Positions 1-8,278 of a stretch of 32,000 nt of DNA are shown piece by piece; within the stretch, counting starts at the first letter, position 1; every line of letters begins with the position of its first letter. The notes under the pieces are model-generated. The model saw nothing but the letters and a program-made list of their open reading frames with translations, searched no databases and was not told where the DNA came from. This DNA is from Acaryochloris marina S15 (GTDB lineage Bacteria; Cyanobacteriota; Cyanobacteriia; Thermosynechococcales; Thermosynechococcaceae). The translations under genes were made by a program, and so were the position numbers. The stretch covers positions 4,740,001-4,772,000 of the forward strand of contig NZ_CP064923.1 of NCBI RefSeq assembly GCF_018336915.1. Direction: 5' to 3'.

Positions 1-581
1 CGACCATAGGTGGGTTTGAAACCATAGACCCCACAGAGCGACGCTGGCACCCGAATCGAGCCATTCGTATCTGAACCTAAGGTCAGCGGCACGAGACCAG
101 CCGCTACAGATGCCGCCGATCCACCAGAGGAGCCACCGGACATTCGAGACGGATCGTGGGGATTGGGGGTGACACCATAGTGATGATTGAGAGTGACAAA
201 GCCATAGGCATATTCATCCATATTTAGTGCCCCTACTAGAATTGCACCTGCAGCTTTTAGTCGGGCTACAGCGGTTGAATCTTGGGTAGCGGGTGTATGA
301 CTTTGATTAATTTTGGACCCGGCCAAGGTGACGGTTCCAGCAATATCAAACAGGTTTTTAACTGCAAAGGGCACCCCTGCTAGAGGGCCTACGGTTTCTC
401 CTGCAGCCAGCTGACGATCAAGGGTTTCTGCTGCGGTTAAGGCAGATGAACCTAGGAGTGTGGTGAAACAATTGTGATTCTCTTGGTTAGAAATTTGCGT
501 CAATGCTGCCTTAACGACAGACGTTGCCGAGCGCTCTTTAGTTTTGACCTGGTGGGCAATTTGGGCCGCCGTCAAACTCAT
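1..581 (-). CDS. Amidase-signature family amidohydrolase, AtzE-like. Only the N-terminal 193 codons are present; the C-terminus lies beyond the window start.
   Basis: Absent from the ORF track because it runs off the window. My minus-strand translation from ATG 579-581 reads MSLTAAQIAHQVKTKERSATSVVKAAL..GPLAGVPFAVKNLFDIAGTVTLAGSKIN..LVGALNMDEYAYGFVT..MSGGSSGGSAASVAAGLVPLTLGSDTNGSIRVPASLCGVYGFKPTYG. GGSSGGS and GSDTNGSIR are amidase-signature motifs. The start overlaps the stop of the upstream small gene (ATGA). Confidence 0.9.
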   Translation of the reverse strand, partial: MSLTAAQIAHQVKTKERSATSVVKAALTQISNQENHNCFTTLLGSSALTAAETLDRQLAAGETVGPLAGVPFAVKNLFDIAGTVTLAGSKINQSHTPATQDSTAVARLKAAGAILVGALNMDEYAYGFVTLNHHYGVTPNPHDPSRMSGGSSGGSAASVAAGLVPLTLGSDTNGSIRVPASLCGVYGFKPTYG

Positions 582-790
582 GGTTCAAACTGAGGCGCAG
601 CCTCTAAGGTATCGGGCAAAGGAAAGTCTAGGACAGGCTGAGCAATCCTGTGAATCTGCTCAAAGCTCTCAACCACACCTGGGAGCTGATCTGAGGGAAT
701 AGATAGCCCTAATAGCTTGGCCACCTCGGTCACATACGCTGAGTTAAAAGCATCCGAACCATCGGATGTTGAAGCTGGAAGCTTTGACAT
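578..790 (-). CDS. AtzG-like small protein (DUF4089-type), probable partner subunit of the downstream amidase
   Basis: I take the start at the internal Met (MSKLPASTSDGSDAFNSAYVTEVAKLLGLSIPSDQLPGVVESFEQIHRIAQPVLDFPLPDTLEAAPQFEP, 70 aa). The C-terminal FPLPDxLEpAPxF pattern and the 4-nt ATGA overlap with an AtzE-like amidase match the AtzG/AtzE arrangement. The 36 upstream codons of the track ORF (R/W-rich) do not look protein-like. Confidence 0.7.
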   Translation of the reverse strand: MSKLPASTSDGSDAFNSAYVTEVAKLLGLSIPSDQLPGVVESFEQIHRIAQPVLDFPLPDTLEAAPQFEP

Positions 791-949
791 GGGGTAGGTC
801 TGAAGAGTCAACAGGTCTAGAATAGCGAACCTATAGACAGATCGAGTGCGCCAGTTTCCCCAGCTTCGAAGGAAAGAGCGCCCCAGGGATGTCCTCAATT
901 CTGCTCATAATAGAAGAAGTGCATAACGACTATCGCCCCAAAGGAATCC

Positions 950-2461
950 ATGGCTAGAGACCTGAGAAAATTTATCCAACGCCTCGAAGAACGAGGACAG
1001 CTACAGCGCATCAAAGCCTTGGTGGATCCCGAACTGGAAATTGCAGAAATTTCGGATCGGATGTTGCAGCAGGGTGGGCCAGGACTGGTGTTCGAGAACG
1101 TCAAAGGCTCTGACTATCCCGTGGCGGTGAACTTGTTGGGCACTGTGGAGCGCACCTGCTGGGCGATGAATATGGAGTCCCAATCCGAACTAGAGGATCT
1201 GGGCAAAAAGTTAGCGATGCTTCAGCAGCCCAAGCCGCCGAAGAAGCTGAACCAGTTTATCGACTTTGGCAAAGTCCTGTTTGATGTGGTCAAGGCCAAA
1301 CCCCAGCGAGATTTGCTGCCCCCTTGCCACCAGGTAGTGCTGAAAGATGAGCAAGTGGATTTAAATAAAATCCCCATGATTCAGCCCTATATCGGCGATG
1401 GCGGCAAGGTCGTCACCTTTGGTCTAGTGATTACCAAGGACTGTGAAACGGGGACGCCCAATGTGGGGGTGTATCGTCTACAGTTGCAGTCTAAGAACAC
1501 CATGACGGTGCAGTGGCTGTCGGTACGGGGCGGCGCACGGCATTTACGCAAAGCAGCAGAGCAGGGGAAAAAGCTAGAGATTGCGATCGCAATCGGTATC
1601 GACCCCCTAATCATCATGGCCGCAGCCACGCCTATCCCCGTAGATCTCTCAGAATGGTTATTTGCCGGACTCTATGGTGGGAGTGGGGTTCATCTAGCCA
1701 AGTGCAAAACGGTGGACTTAGAAGTGCCCGCCCAAAGTGAATTTGTGTTGGAAGGTACGATCACTCCGGGTGAAACGGGTGTAGATGGTCCCTTTGGCGA
1801 TCATATGGGCTACTACGGCGGTATCAATGAGGCCGCCCCACTGATTCGGTTTCATTGCATGACCCACCGCAAAGATCCCATCTATCTGACTACCTTTAGC
1901 GGTCGCCCTCCCAAAGAAGAAGCCATGATGGCCATTGCCCTCAACCGGATTTACACGCCGATTTTGCGACAGCAGGTGTCAGAAATTGTGGACTTCTTTT
2001 TACCGATGGAGGCCCTGAGCTATAAGGCAGCCGTTATTTCCATTGATAAAGCCTATCCGGGGCAAGCTCGCCGGGCAGCCCTAGCCTTCTGGAGTGCCTT
2101 ACCCCAATTCACCTATACCAAATTCGTGATTGTCGTCGATAAGGACGTCAATATCCGCGATCCGCGTCAAGTAGTCTGGGCGGTTTCTTCTAAGGTGGAT
2201 CCCGTGCGAGATGTGTTTATCTTGCCGGAAACACCCTTTGATACCCTTGATTTTGCCTGTACCAAGATTGGGTTAGGCGGTCGCATGGGCATCGATGCCA
2301 CAACCAAAATCCCCCCTGAAACAGATCATTCTTGGGGAGAGCCTCTGAAAGCTGATCCAGGCGTGGCAGCCATGGTGGATCGCCGCTGGGCTGAATATGG
2401 TCTGGCAGATCTGAAGTTAGGTGAGGTAGATCCGAATCTATTTGGTTATGAGATGCCCTGA
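950..2461 (+). CDS. ubiD: UbiD-family (prenylated-FMN dependent) aromatic acid decarboxylase, 4-hydroxybenzoate decarboxylase-like
   Basis: 503 aa. MARDLRKFIQRLEERGQLQRIKALVDPELEIAEISDR..YPVAVNLLGT..GVYRLQL..WLSVRGGARH..GPFGDHMGYY is collinear with UbiD proteins. AAGGAA SD lies upstream of the ATG. Confidence 0.9.
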   Translation: MARDLRKFIQRLEERGQLQRIKALVDPELEIAEISDRMLQQGGPGLVFENVKGSDYPVAVNLLGTVERTCWAMNMESQSELEDLGKKLAMLQQPKPPKKLNQFIDFGKVLFDVVKAKPQRDLLPPCHQVVLKDEQVDLNKIPMIQPYIGDGGKVVTFGLVITKDCETGTPNVGVYRLQLQSKNTMTVQWLSVRGGARHLRKAAEQGKKLEIAIAIGIDPLIIMAAATPIPVDLSEWLFAGLYGGSGVHLAKCKTVDLEVPAQSEFVLEGTITPGETGVDGPFGDHMGYYGGINEAAPLIRFHCMTHRKDPIYLTTFSGRPPKEEAMMAIALNRIYTPILRQQVSEIVDFFLPMEALSYKAAVISIDKAYPGQARRAALAFWSALPQFTYTKFVIVVDKDVNIRDPRQVVWAVSSKVDPVRDVFILPETPFDTLDFACTKIGLGGRMGIDATTKIPPETDHSWGEPLKADPGVAAMVDRRWAEYGLADLKLGEVDPNLFGYEMP

Positions 2462-2623
2462 GTCTAGATTTGGAAACTGTCCCATATCTATGTGCGAAGA
2501 TCATAAGTGAGATCAATGAGTTTAAGGTTGCTATCTTTACAGATGGAATATGTTCAGAAACGTTAGTAGGTTGCATCTAAATCTTTATTCCAGTCATTCC
2601 TTTCTCTGAAGAGGTTGCGAGAC

Positions 2624-3838
2624 ATGCCACAGATTCAGAGATTGTCCAAGAGATTGATAGTGTTGGTATGTCTAGTGATGGGGCTATGCAACACTGAGGG
2701 ACGACCGTATTCAATTGTGCTGGCAAATCCAGCTACTGAGGGTTCTACAGATTCGAAACAATCTGAAAAGATGTCCCAAACTAAGCAAGGATATATCGAA
2801 GCAAAGCGCCGCATTCAAGAGGCTCTATCATCTCAGGCATCTTCCTTAGATTTGCAAGGACTATCACTAACACAACTTCCTCCAGAAATTGCAAAGCTCA
2901 CTAAACTGCAAGAGTTATACCTCATTAAGAATCAGCTGAATAGCCTGCCACCAGAAATTGGAGCGCTTAATAAGCTAAAAATGCTGTTCCTAAGCAACAA
3001 TCAACTGAATAGTCTGCCACCAGAAATTGGACAGCTTAATAATCTTCAATGGCTAGACCTCAGCGAAAATCAACTTGAGAGTCTACCACCAGAAATTGGA
3101 CAGCTCAATAACCTACAAGAATTATTTCTTATAGGCAATCGACTGAGGAGCCTGCCACCGAAAATCGGACAGCTCAACAATCTGGAAGGGCTAGACCTCA
3201 AAGAAAATCAATTGAGGAGTCTGCCACCAGAATTCAGACAGCTTACCAAGCTGCGAACCTTAAACCTTAGGGGAAATCAATTGAGGAGTTGGCCATCAGA
3301 AATCGGTAGACTAGTAAATTTAAGATTTCTTGATCTCAATAAAACTCAACTTACTAACCTGCCAGTAGAAGTCAGGCAGCTCACCAATTTAAAAGGGCTC
3401 AGTCTCAGGAATAATCAATTGAGTAGACTGCCACCAGAAATCGGACAACTCAACAATCTTCAAGGGCTAGATCTTCGTAATAATCAACTTAGTAGTCTAC
3501 CCGAAGAGATCGGACAACTCGCGAAGCTGAAAAAGCTAGACCTCAGTAGAAATCAACTGAATACCCTACCACCGGAAATTGGACAACTCACCAATTTACA
3601 AGGACTTTACCTCAGCGAAAATCAACTGAATCGTCTGCCGTCTACAATCGGAAAACTTATAAATTTGGGATTTCTTTCTCTCAGTAGAAATCAACTGAAG
3701 AGCCTACCACCTGAAATCGGACAGCTCACCAATCTGCGATATCTTTATCTCAGTGAAAATCAACTGAATCGTCTGCCGCCAGAGATAGAAAATCTGCTGC
3801 CACGCACATATATAGACTTTAAGGTAAATCCATTTTGA
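2624..3838 (+). CDS. Secreted leucine-rich-repeat (LRR) protein with about 14 tandem 23-residue repeats
   Basis: The track ORF starts at TTG 2615. ATG 2624 is about 10 nt after GAAGAGG and is my preferred start. The N-terminus MPQIQRLSKRLIVLVCLVMGLC is signal-peptide-like. It is followed by ~14 units of LxxLPPEIGQLxNLQxLxLxxNQ. No other domain is present. Confidence 0.85.
   Translation: MPQIQRLSKRLIVLVCLVMGLCNTEGRPYSIVLANPATEGSTDSKQSEKMSQTKQGYIEAKRRIQEALSSQASSLDLQGLSLTQLPPEIAKLTKLQELYLIKNQLNSLPPEIGALNKLKMLFLSNNQLNSLPPEIGQLNNLQWLDLSENQLESLPPEIGQLNNLQELFLIGNRLRSLPPKIGQLNNLEGLDLKENQLRSLPPEFRQLTKLRTLNLRGNQLRSWPSEIGRLVNLRFLDLNKTQLTNLPVEVRQLTNLKGLSLRNNQLSRLPPEIGQLNNLQGLDLRNNQLSSLPEEIGQLAKLKKLDLSRNQLNTLPPEIGQLTNLQGLYLSENQLNRLPSTIGKLINLGFLSLSRNQLKSLPPEIGQLTNLRYLYLSENQLNRLPPEIENLLPRTYIDFKVNPF
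2864..3835 (+). repeat. In-frame tandem 69-nt coding repeats (LRR units)
   Basis: The string ctgccaccagaaat(t/c)ggacagct(t/c)aa(t/c)aa recurs with 69-nt periodicity through the LRR gene. The repeats are coding, not a CRISPR array or satellite. Confidence 0.85.
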
Positions 3839-3910
3839 ACAAGTACAGCCAGCTTTCGAGATAAGCTGTATCACACAGCCCAGATTTTTTAGAGCCGTTA
3901 GAATCAACCG

Positions 3911-5014
3911 TTAAGGTTGAGAGCGTTCCCATAATCTTCCCAACTCTCTCAAAACTGTCACTGCAGGCGGATCTACAACCTGAGCTTTAGGCTTCAACAA
4001 GACTCCCGTGTTCTGTTTCCACAATGCTGTAGCGTTATTTTCTAGCTTGACATCAGGATGAACCGGACGAAAGCCATATTCAATAAACACCTTCTGCTGA
4101 TCCGGCTGTGATAGGTATTCAATAAAGTCTCGGGCTTTTTTTGCCATTGGCTCATCCACTTGACGGCGAACGATGGCCGCGGTGGGTTTAGTTTCCACCG
4201 TCGGGTTAATTTCATAAATTTGATAGGGCTGCCCCTGGGACACTTTAGACTGCTGCCATCGATTCAGGGCTACACTTTCGTAATTGGTGATGATATCGGC
4301 ATCATTTGCCCCTCGGGCCACAAATTCCTGCATCAGAATATCGCTGGACCGGGCAGGCTGATAGATAGAGCGTTTCAAGGTAGACACTGCCGATTGGGCG
4401 GTCGGGCCATTCAAGTCAGCTGTTTGCAGAGAAGACTTTTGCAGTTTATGGGACAGCCAGAGACTCAACGTCATTTGCCCACTATTAGATCGAGTGGGAT
4501 CCGTCATCACAAAATCAAAACTACCCCAGTTAGCAGAGCCACCAAAAGATCCCCACTGCTGGGATTTCATGGCCATTTCTACTCGATTCCAACTAAATTT
4601 GCCGTCTGGGAATAGGGCCTTGCCGCGCTCCGGCCAGGTAATCGCAACGAGGCGGGTTTTCGCTAGAGGTTGAGGTTCACCGTAAAATGCAGGCTCTGAA
4701 TCCGTCCACCGCTGTTCCAGGCGTTTAAGCGTATCCTGATTAGCGGGAATTAATACCGTAGGCTGAAAATCATTGCGGTCATCGATAAATCGATTAACCA
4801 TATCCAACGACCCCTGCACCTTGAGATCAATGCGGATTTTGGATTGCTGCTGATGGAAGGTCTCAATCAGCTTTTTTAGAGGAGGCTCTAACTCAGAGCC
4901 ACTGACCACCACTAGGGTTTGGACCTGATCATCCGGCAGTGGGTAAAACGTTAATCCCAAGGCTGCTGCAATAATAGCCAGAGAAATATATAAGGATCGC
5001 TGAGACTTCACCAT
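3911..5014 (-). CDS. Periplasmic-binding-protein-fold (solute-binding-like) protein, paralogue of the N-terminal part of the 5785-7512 product
   Basis: 367 aa with an N-terminal TM/signal segment (LYISLAIIAAALGL). It shares the motifs DPTRSNSG, NYES, YLSQPDQQ and GFRP with the 581-aa upstream protein. Its GGGAGA SD overlaps the stop of the preceding gene (8-nt gap). Confidence 0.75.
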   Translation of the reverse strand: MVKSQRSLYISLAIIAAALGLTFYPLPDDQVQTLVVVSGSELEPPLKKLIETFHQQQSKIRIDLKVQGSLDMVNRFIDDRNDFQPTVLIPANQDTLKRLEQRWTDSEPAFYGEPQPLAKTRLVAITWPERGKALFPDGKFSWNRVEMAMKSQQWGSFGGSANWGSFDFVMTDPTRSNSGQMTLSLWLSHKLQKSSLQTADLNGPTAQSAVSTLKRSIYQPARSSDILMQEFVARGANDADIITNYESVALNRWQQSKVSQGQPYQIYEINPTVETKPTAAIVRRQVDEPMAKKARDFIEYLSQPDQQKVFIEYGFRPVHPDVKLENNATALWKQNTGVLLKPKAQVVDPPAVTVLRELGRLWERSQP

Positions 5015-5022
5015 ATTTCTCC

Positions 5023-5751
5023 CTAGGTCAATACCAACACATCCAGGTTTTCTTGAAAATCTCGCAGTTCATCACTAAGATTTTTCAGTTCAGCAGATTG
5101 ACTCGCTTCAGCTAAGTCCGCACTGCGCAACTGATTCTGCATCGCCTGTAATACGCCAGCTGACTCGGCAATGAGCTGGGACAGACTGAGAAGCTGGGCT
5201 TGTCGAGCATCTTGCCCTTGCTGGGCCAGGCTAATGTTGCGCTGGAGGCTTTGGTCGAGCTGTTGCAGTTGCTGTTGGGTCGCCCCGGAACTTTGAGCCA
5301 GTTTTTTTTGAACTGTCACCCGCTGCTGTTGTAACTCCTGCACGGACAGAATTGAATCATCGCCATGGAGTCTTTCAGCCATGGCTTCGATCTTTTGGGG
5401 CAATTCGGTGGTGCGATCGCAAGCATATTGCAACGTCCCCAACAACTCCATCTGCAACGATTGCGTCAGCAGCTCCTGGGCTTCTATCTTCAGCGATAGG
5501 GCTTTTTGAGCGAGCTTATTTGCCTGAGTTCGCAAATTTCCCAGCTCCTGTTCTACGGCTGGACTCCGCTGTTTTGGCTTGGCAGCCTTCGACGATTCCG
5601 GCGCAATGATTCCAGCTCCCACTATGGCAACCCCTACAGATAAGGGCAGCATGATGAAACTGTTGAGCTTCGCAATCCTGACACCACCAACTAAAACAAT
5701 CCCACCTGCCAATACAGCTAAGGGAGAGTACAAGGGGTTAACGAGTTTCAC
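5023..5751 (-). CDS. Membrane-anchored coiled-coil protein (2 N-terminal TM helices plus a Q/L-rich helical domain), function unknown
   Basis: 242 aa. GTG start with GAGGA 9 nt upstream. Two hydrophobic segments (PLAVLAGGIVLVGGV and FIMLPLSVGVAIVGAGIIA) are followed by ~170 aa rich in Q, L, A and E with heptad-like spacing. It lies 33 nt after the upstream gene. Confidence 0.7.
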   Translation of the reverse strand: MKLVNPLYSPLAVLAGGIVLVGGVRIAKLNSFIMLPLSVGVAIVGAGIIAPESSKAAKPKQRSPAVEQELGNLRTQANKLAQKALSLKIEAQELLTQSLQMELLGTLQYACDRTTELPQKIEAMAERLHGDDSILSVQELQQQRVTVQKKLAQSSGATQQQLQQLDQSLQRNISLAQQGQDARQAQLLSLSQLIAESAGVLQAMQNQLRSADLAEASQSAELKNLSDELRDFQENLDVLVLT

Positions 5752-5784
5752 CTCAATATCCTCATCACAGTCAATTGCTCCTCA

Positions 5785-7512
5785 CTAAAACTCAACTTGT
5801 AAGTCCGCCATCAATGAGGCGATTGAGGCCGGATCTCCCTGACGGTAATAGCCGCCGTTCGCTTCAGCAATTTGCTTCAGCACATCCGGGGCAAAATCTC
5901 CCGAATTTCCATACCCCACCGTAAAAATAGCAATCCGCTGTTTACCTTCAAAACCACTTTTTTTCAGTCCAGCCAACAATTGAGATAATTGCTGGCTAGA
6001 CCCAGAATCTTCACCATCCGTCAGCACAATCACCGCATTAATCGCATCGGACCGCAAATTTTGGGTGAGCCAAGTCTGCGCTGCCAGAATGGAATCGTAC
6101 AATTTTGTATTTCCATCTGCTTTTAAAGCTACGACAAACTCAATCCCTTTTGACTGCCCCTCTGGCGTACCATCTACTGATACAGGCTTGCGAACCACTG
6201 AGTCAAAGTCAATCAGTGAGACCTTTTCCTTGGGGCCTAGACCTTTCAGGTAAGTCTGGAGGGTAGACTGCACAGCAGCCAGTTTGGCCCCCGTCATGGA
6301 TCCAGACGAATCCACCACAATCACTACTTGAGAGGGTTTCTTGGCTGCTGTTTGCCAAGACTGGATCATCGCTTCAACCACTTCCGGCTTCGGCACCCGA
6401 TAGGAATCGTACTTGGGCTGAGTTTCTACACCCCAATTTTTAGTGAACTTGTTCCCCAGAGACACCCCTGGTGTTCCGGGCCGTAATCCTAACGTTGTGG
6501 CAATTTGCTGAGTGTCTGGCTGGCGGAGGTATTGAATCACTTGCTCTGCGGCTTCTTTCTCTGCTGAACTAATCCACGGCCCCGTCGCGAGAATTCCCCG
6601 CATGTTAGAGGTATAGGTATTCCCGGGATACACCGCCTGATAGCGAGGTTGCCCAGCCGGGACTTGGGCATTGGCTGCAATCACAGAAGACTCATATACA
6701 GACCCCACCGAAGCCCAAAAAGGACCATTGGTCACCATTGCCTTAGCCAAAGAGGTTGTTGATGTCCCATAACGGGTAATTTTTTTCTGAATTTCTCCCA
6801 CTTTGCCTTGGTGAGCAGTCACATCAGCAACCGTAAGCTGCTCCGGTCGCTTGCCTGAGACTGAGGCAAACTGGGCCACCAGGGTTTGTAGCCCCGAGTT
6901 AGAACGAGTAGGGGCCGTATGTACATATCGCAGGGGCAGCGGCTGACTGCCAGCATCTAAGTCCTTATGGCTCTTGGCAGTTAGCAAAGCTTGAAAGGGA
7001 TCCTTAGTCTTCCGCAGGCTTTGGGCTAAATCCTCCCGCACCATAAACACCATCGGGCTATTGGCCAGCAGGGGAGCATCGGCCACGGTGGGCAAATAGT
7101 TTTGTCCCGGAAAAAGCTGGTTAAATTGATAGGCTAACTGGTCAACGTAGATGTCACCATCCAAGGAAACAAGGGTAGGCCAGCTGGGGTCCTCAGCGGA
7201 AACACTACCATTCTTTAGAGAGTCTGCCTGGGTTAACAGCGCTGATACGACATCTCCACTGCCTTTAGCGACACATTTTACATAAAAAGAACTGCCATCT
7301 TTTAGCGTGGGTCCCGTTTGGTTGAATCGCTTCATGCTTTGTTGGCAAAATTCCCCCATCGCACTGCCAACTAGAAAGGTTACCTCCATGCCTTGATTGT
7401 TCGAAGAGGGGCTTGTGGTGCTATTGGGACCACCGGCACATGCCGTACTCAGCGCAACCAGTAATGCAGCCTGACAACGCAGCAGGGTTCTATGGGGCGA
7501 TAATTTCACCAT
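5785..7512 (-). CDS. Secreted (possibly lipid-anchored) substrate-binding-fold + von Willebrand factor A (vWA) domain protein
   Basis: The track ORF starts at TTG 7530; I prefer ATG 7512 (MVKLSPHRTLLRCQAALLVALSTAC..). A ~350-aa binding-protein-like region carries APTRSNSG, VYES, YLRQPDTQ and GLRP. The C-terminal vWA domain has a complete MIDAS: VVIVVDSSGSMTG, ..GNTKLYDS.., VIVLTDGEDS. Confidence 0.8.
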   Translation of the reverse strand: MVKLSPHRTLLRCQAALLVALSTACAGGPNSTTSPSSNNQGMEVTFLVGSAMGEFCQQSMKRFNQTGPTLKDGSSFYVKCVAKGSGDVVSALLTQADSLKNGSVSAEDPSWPTLVSLDGDIYVDQLAYQFNQLFPGQNYLPTVADAPLLANSPMVFMVREDLAQSLRKTKDPFQALLTAKSHKDLDAGSQPLPLRYVHTAPTRSNSGLQTLVAQFASVSGKRPEQLTVADVTAHQGKVGEIQKKITRYGTSTTSLAKAMVTNGPFWASVGSVYESSVIAANAQVPAGQPRYQAVYPGNTYTSNMRGILATGPWISSAEKEAAEQVIQYLRQPDTQQIATTLGLRPGTPGVSLGNKFTKNWGVETQPKYDSYRVPKPEVVEAMIQSWQTAAKKPSQVVIVVDSSGSMTGAKLAAVQSTLQTYLKGLGPKEKVSLIDFDSVVRKPVSVDGTPEGQSKGIEFVVALKADGNTKLYDSILAAQTWLTQNLRSDAINAVIVLTDGEDSGSSQQLSQLLAGLKKSGFEGKQRIAIFTVGYGNSGDFAPDVLKQIAEANGGYYRQGDPASIASLMADLQVEF

Positions 7513-7688
7513 TCCGGAATATCCAATCAATCAGCAAGAGAGGTAGGCGTCGCTCTCGGCTCTAGCATACCCGTTTGTTGATCAAGACCAGCCCCTCGCC
7601 CCAGCCCAGAGCCTGCAGCGGGGAGAATATTCAAAGCCATCTTACTCTCTAGCTCCCGATTGGGTTGGGCTAGGATAGGCATAGTCTT

Positions 7689-8141
7689 ATGGTGCTAGCC
7701 AAAGATGCTGACCGAGAAGATTCCAACATGGCAGAAAAGCAATCAAAAAGCCTAATTTTTGGGATAGTGTTCTTGCTGTTTGGCATCTTGTTTGCTTTTC
7801 TCATCTATGTGCGACCCGATTTACTTCAGGTTCCAGCATGGGTTGCCTATGCCAGTGCTGGTGTGTTCTTGGTCTCAGGATTGCTAGCATTTACCGTCAA
7901 CCTCAACCGTCTTGATCTACAAAAGGGGCTGATACTGCTGCTCATAACACTGCTCTGCCTGCCCTTTGGATGGATAGCTTTTGGACCAGGGATAAGAGAA
8001 TGCTCAGCTCATGGCCATGGGGGATGGACTCAGCAAAGTGGTTTAGCCTGCCGTATTCCTTTTGGAGTAGGCATCCTATTTTTTTATATCACTTTCACTT
8101 GGGCAATAATTCGTGGCCAAGTGCCAAGCAAGGATACATAG
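7689..8141 (+). CDS. Hypothetical integral membrane protein (about 4 TM helices)
   Basis: 150 aa with four hydrophobic stretches (LIFGIVFLLFGILFAFLIYV, AWVAYASAGVFLVSGLLAF, LILLLITLLCLPFGWIAF, FGVGILFFYITFTWAII). An alternative start is ATG 7728 (MAEKQSK). I recognise no family. Confidence 0.55.
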   Translation: MVLAKDADREDSNMAEKQSKSLIFGIVFLLFGILFAFLIYVRPDLLQVPAWVAYASAGVFLVSGLLAFTVNLNRLDLQKGLILLLITLLCLPFGWIAFGPGIRECSAHGHGGWTQQSGLACRIPFGVGILFFYITFTWAIIRGQVPSKDT

Positions 8142-8278
8142 AATAGACCTCTTGCATCATCGAGCTAACGATATGGTAGAGGGCTAATAATCCAAGCCAG
8201 ATTGTGGCATAAATTGAATCCGTAATACCTCATGAAACAAAGCTAGAGGTTTACAGCTGTTTTTAGACTGTCATCCCT

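Noticed and set aside
581-600. ggttcaaac string resembling a tRNA T-arm
   Set aside because: No acceptor or anticodon stems can be built around it, and it sits at the junction of two coding regions.
578-898. Full 106-aa version of the small ORF upstream of the amidase
   Set aside because: The first 36 codons are R/W/S-rich and not protein-like. The AtzG-like similarity starts at the internal Met (790), so I shortened the call.
2864-3835. Regular 69-nt repeats that could superficially look like a CRISPR-like or satellite array
   Set aside because: The repeats are contiguous with no unique spacers. They are in one long open frame and encode canonical LRR units.
4160-4615. 151-aa plus-strand ORF antisense to the binding-protein gene. 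Similar antisense ORFs occur at 895-1104, 1001-1183, 1387-1629, 8381-8665, 8744-9007, 9332-9652, 11227-11583, 11558-11872, 13426-13761, 16138-16431, 16460-16846, 16880-17158, 18447-18689, 28438-28707 and 30859-31105.
   Set aside because: These are shadow ORFs on the opposite strand or in alternative frames of well-supported genes. Their sequences are R/S/G/P-rich or otherwise unnatural, and they lack SD motifs.
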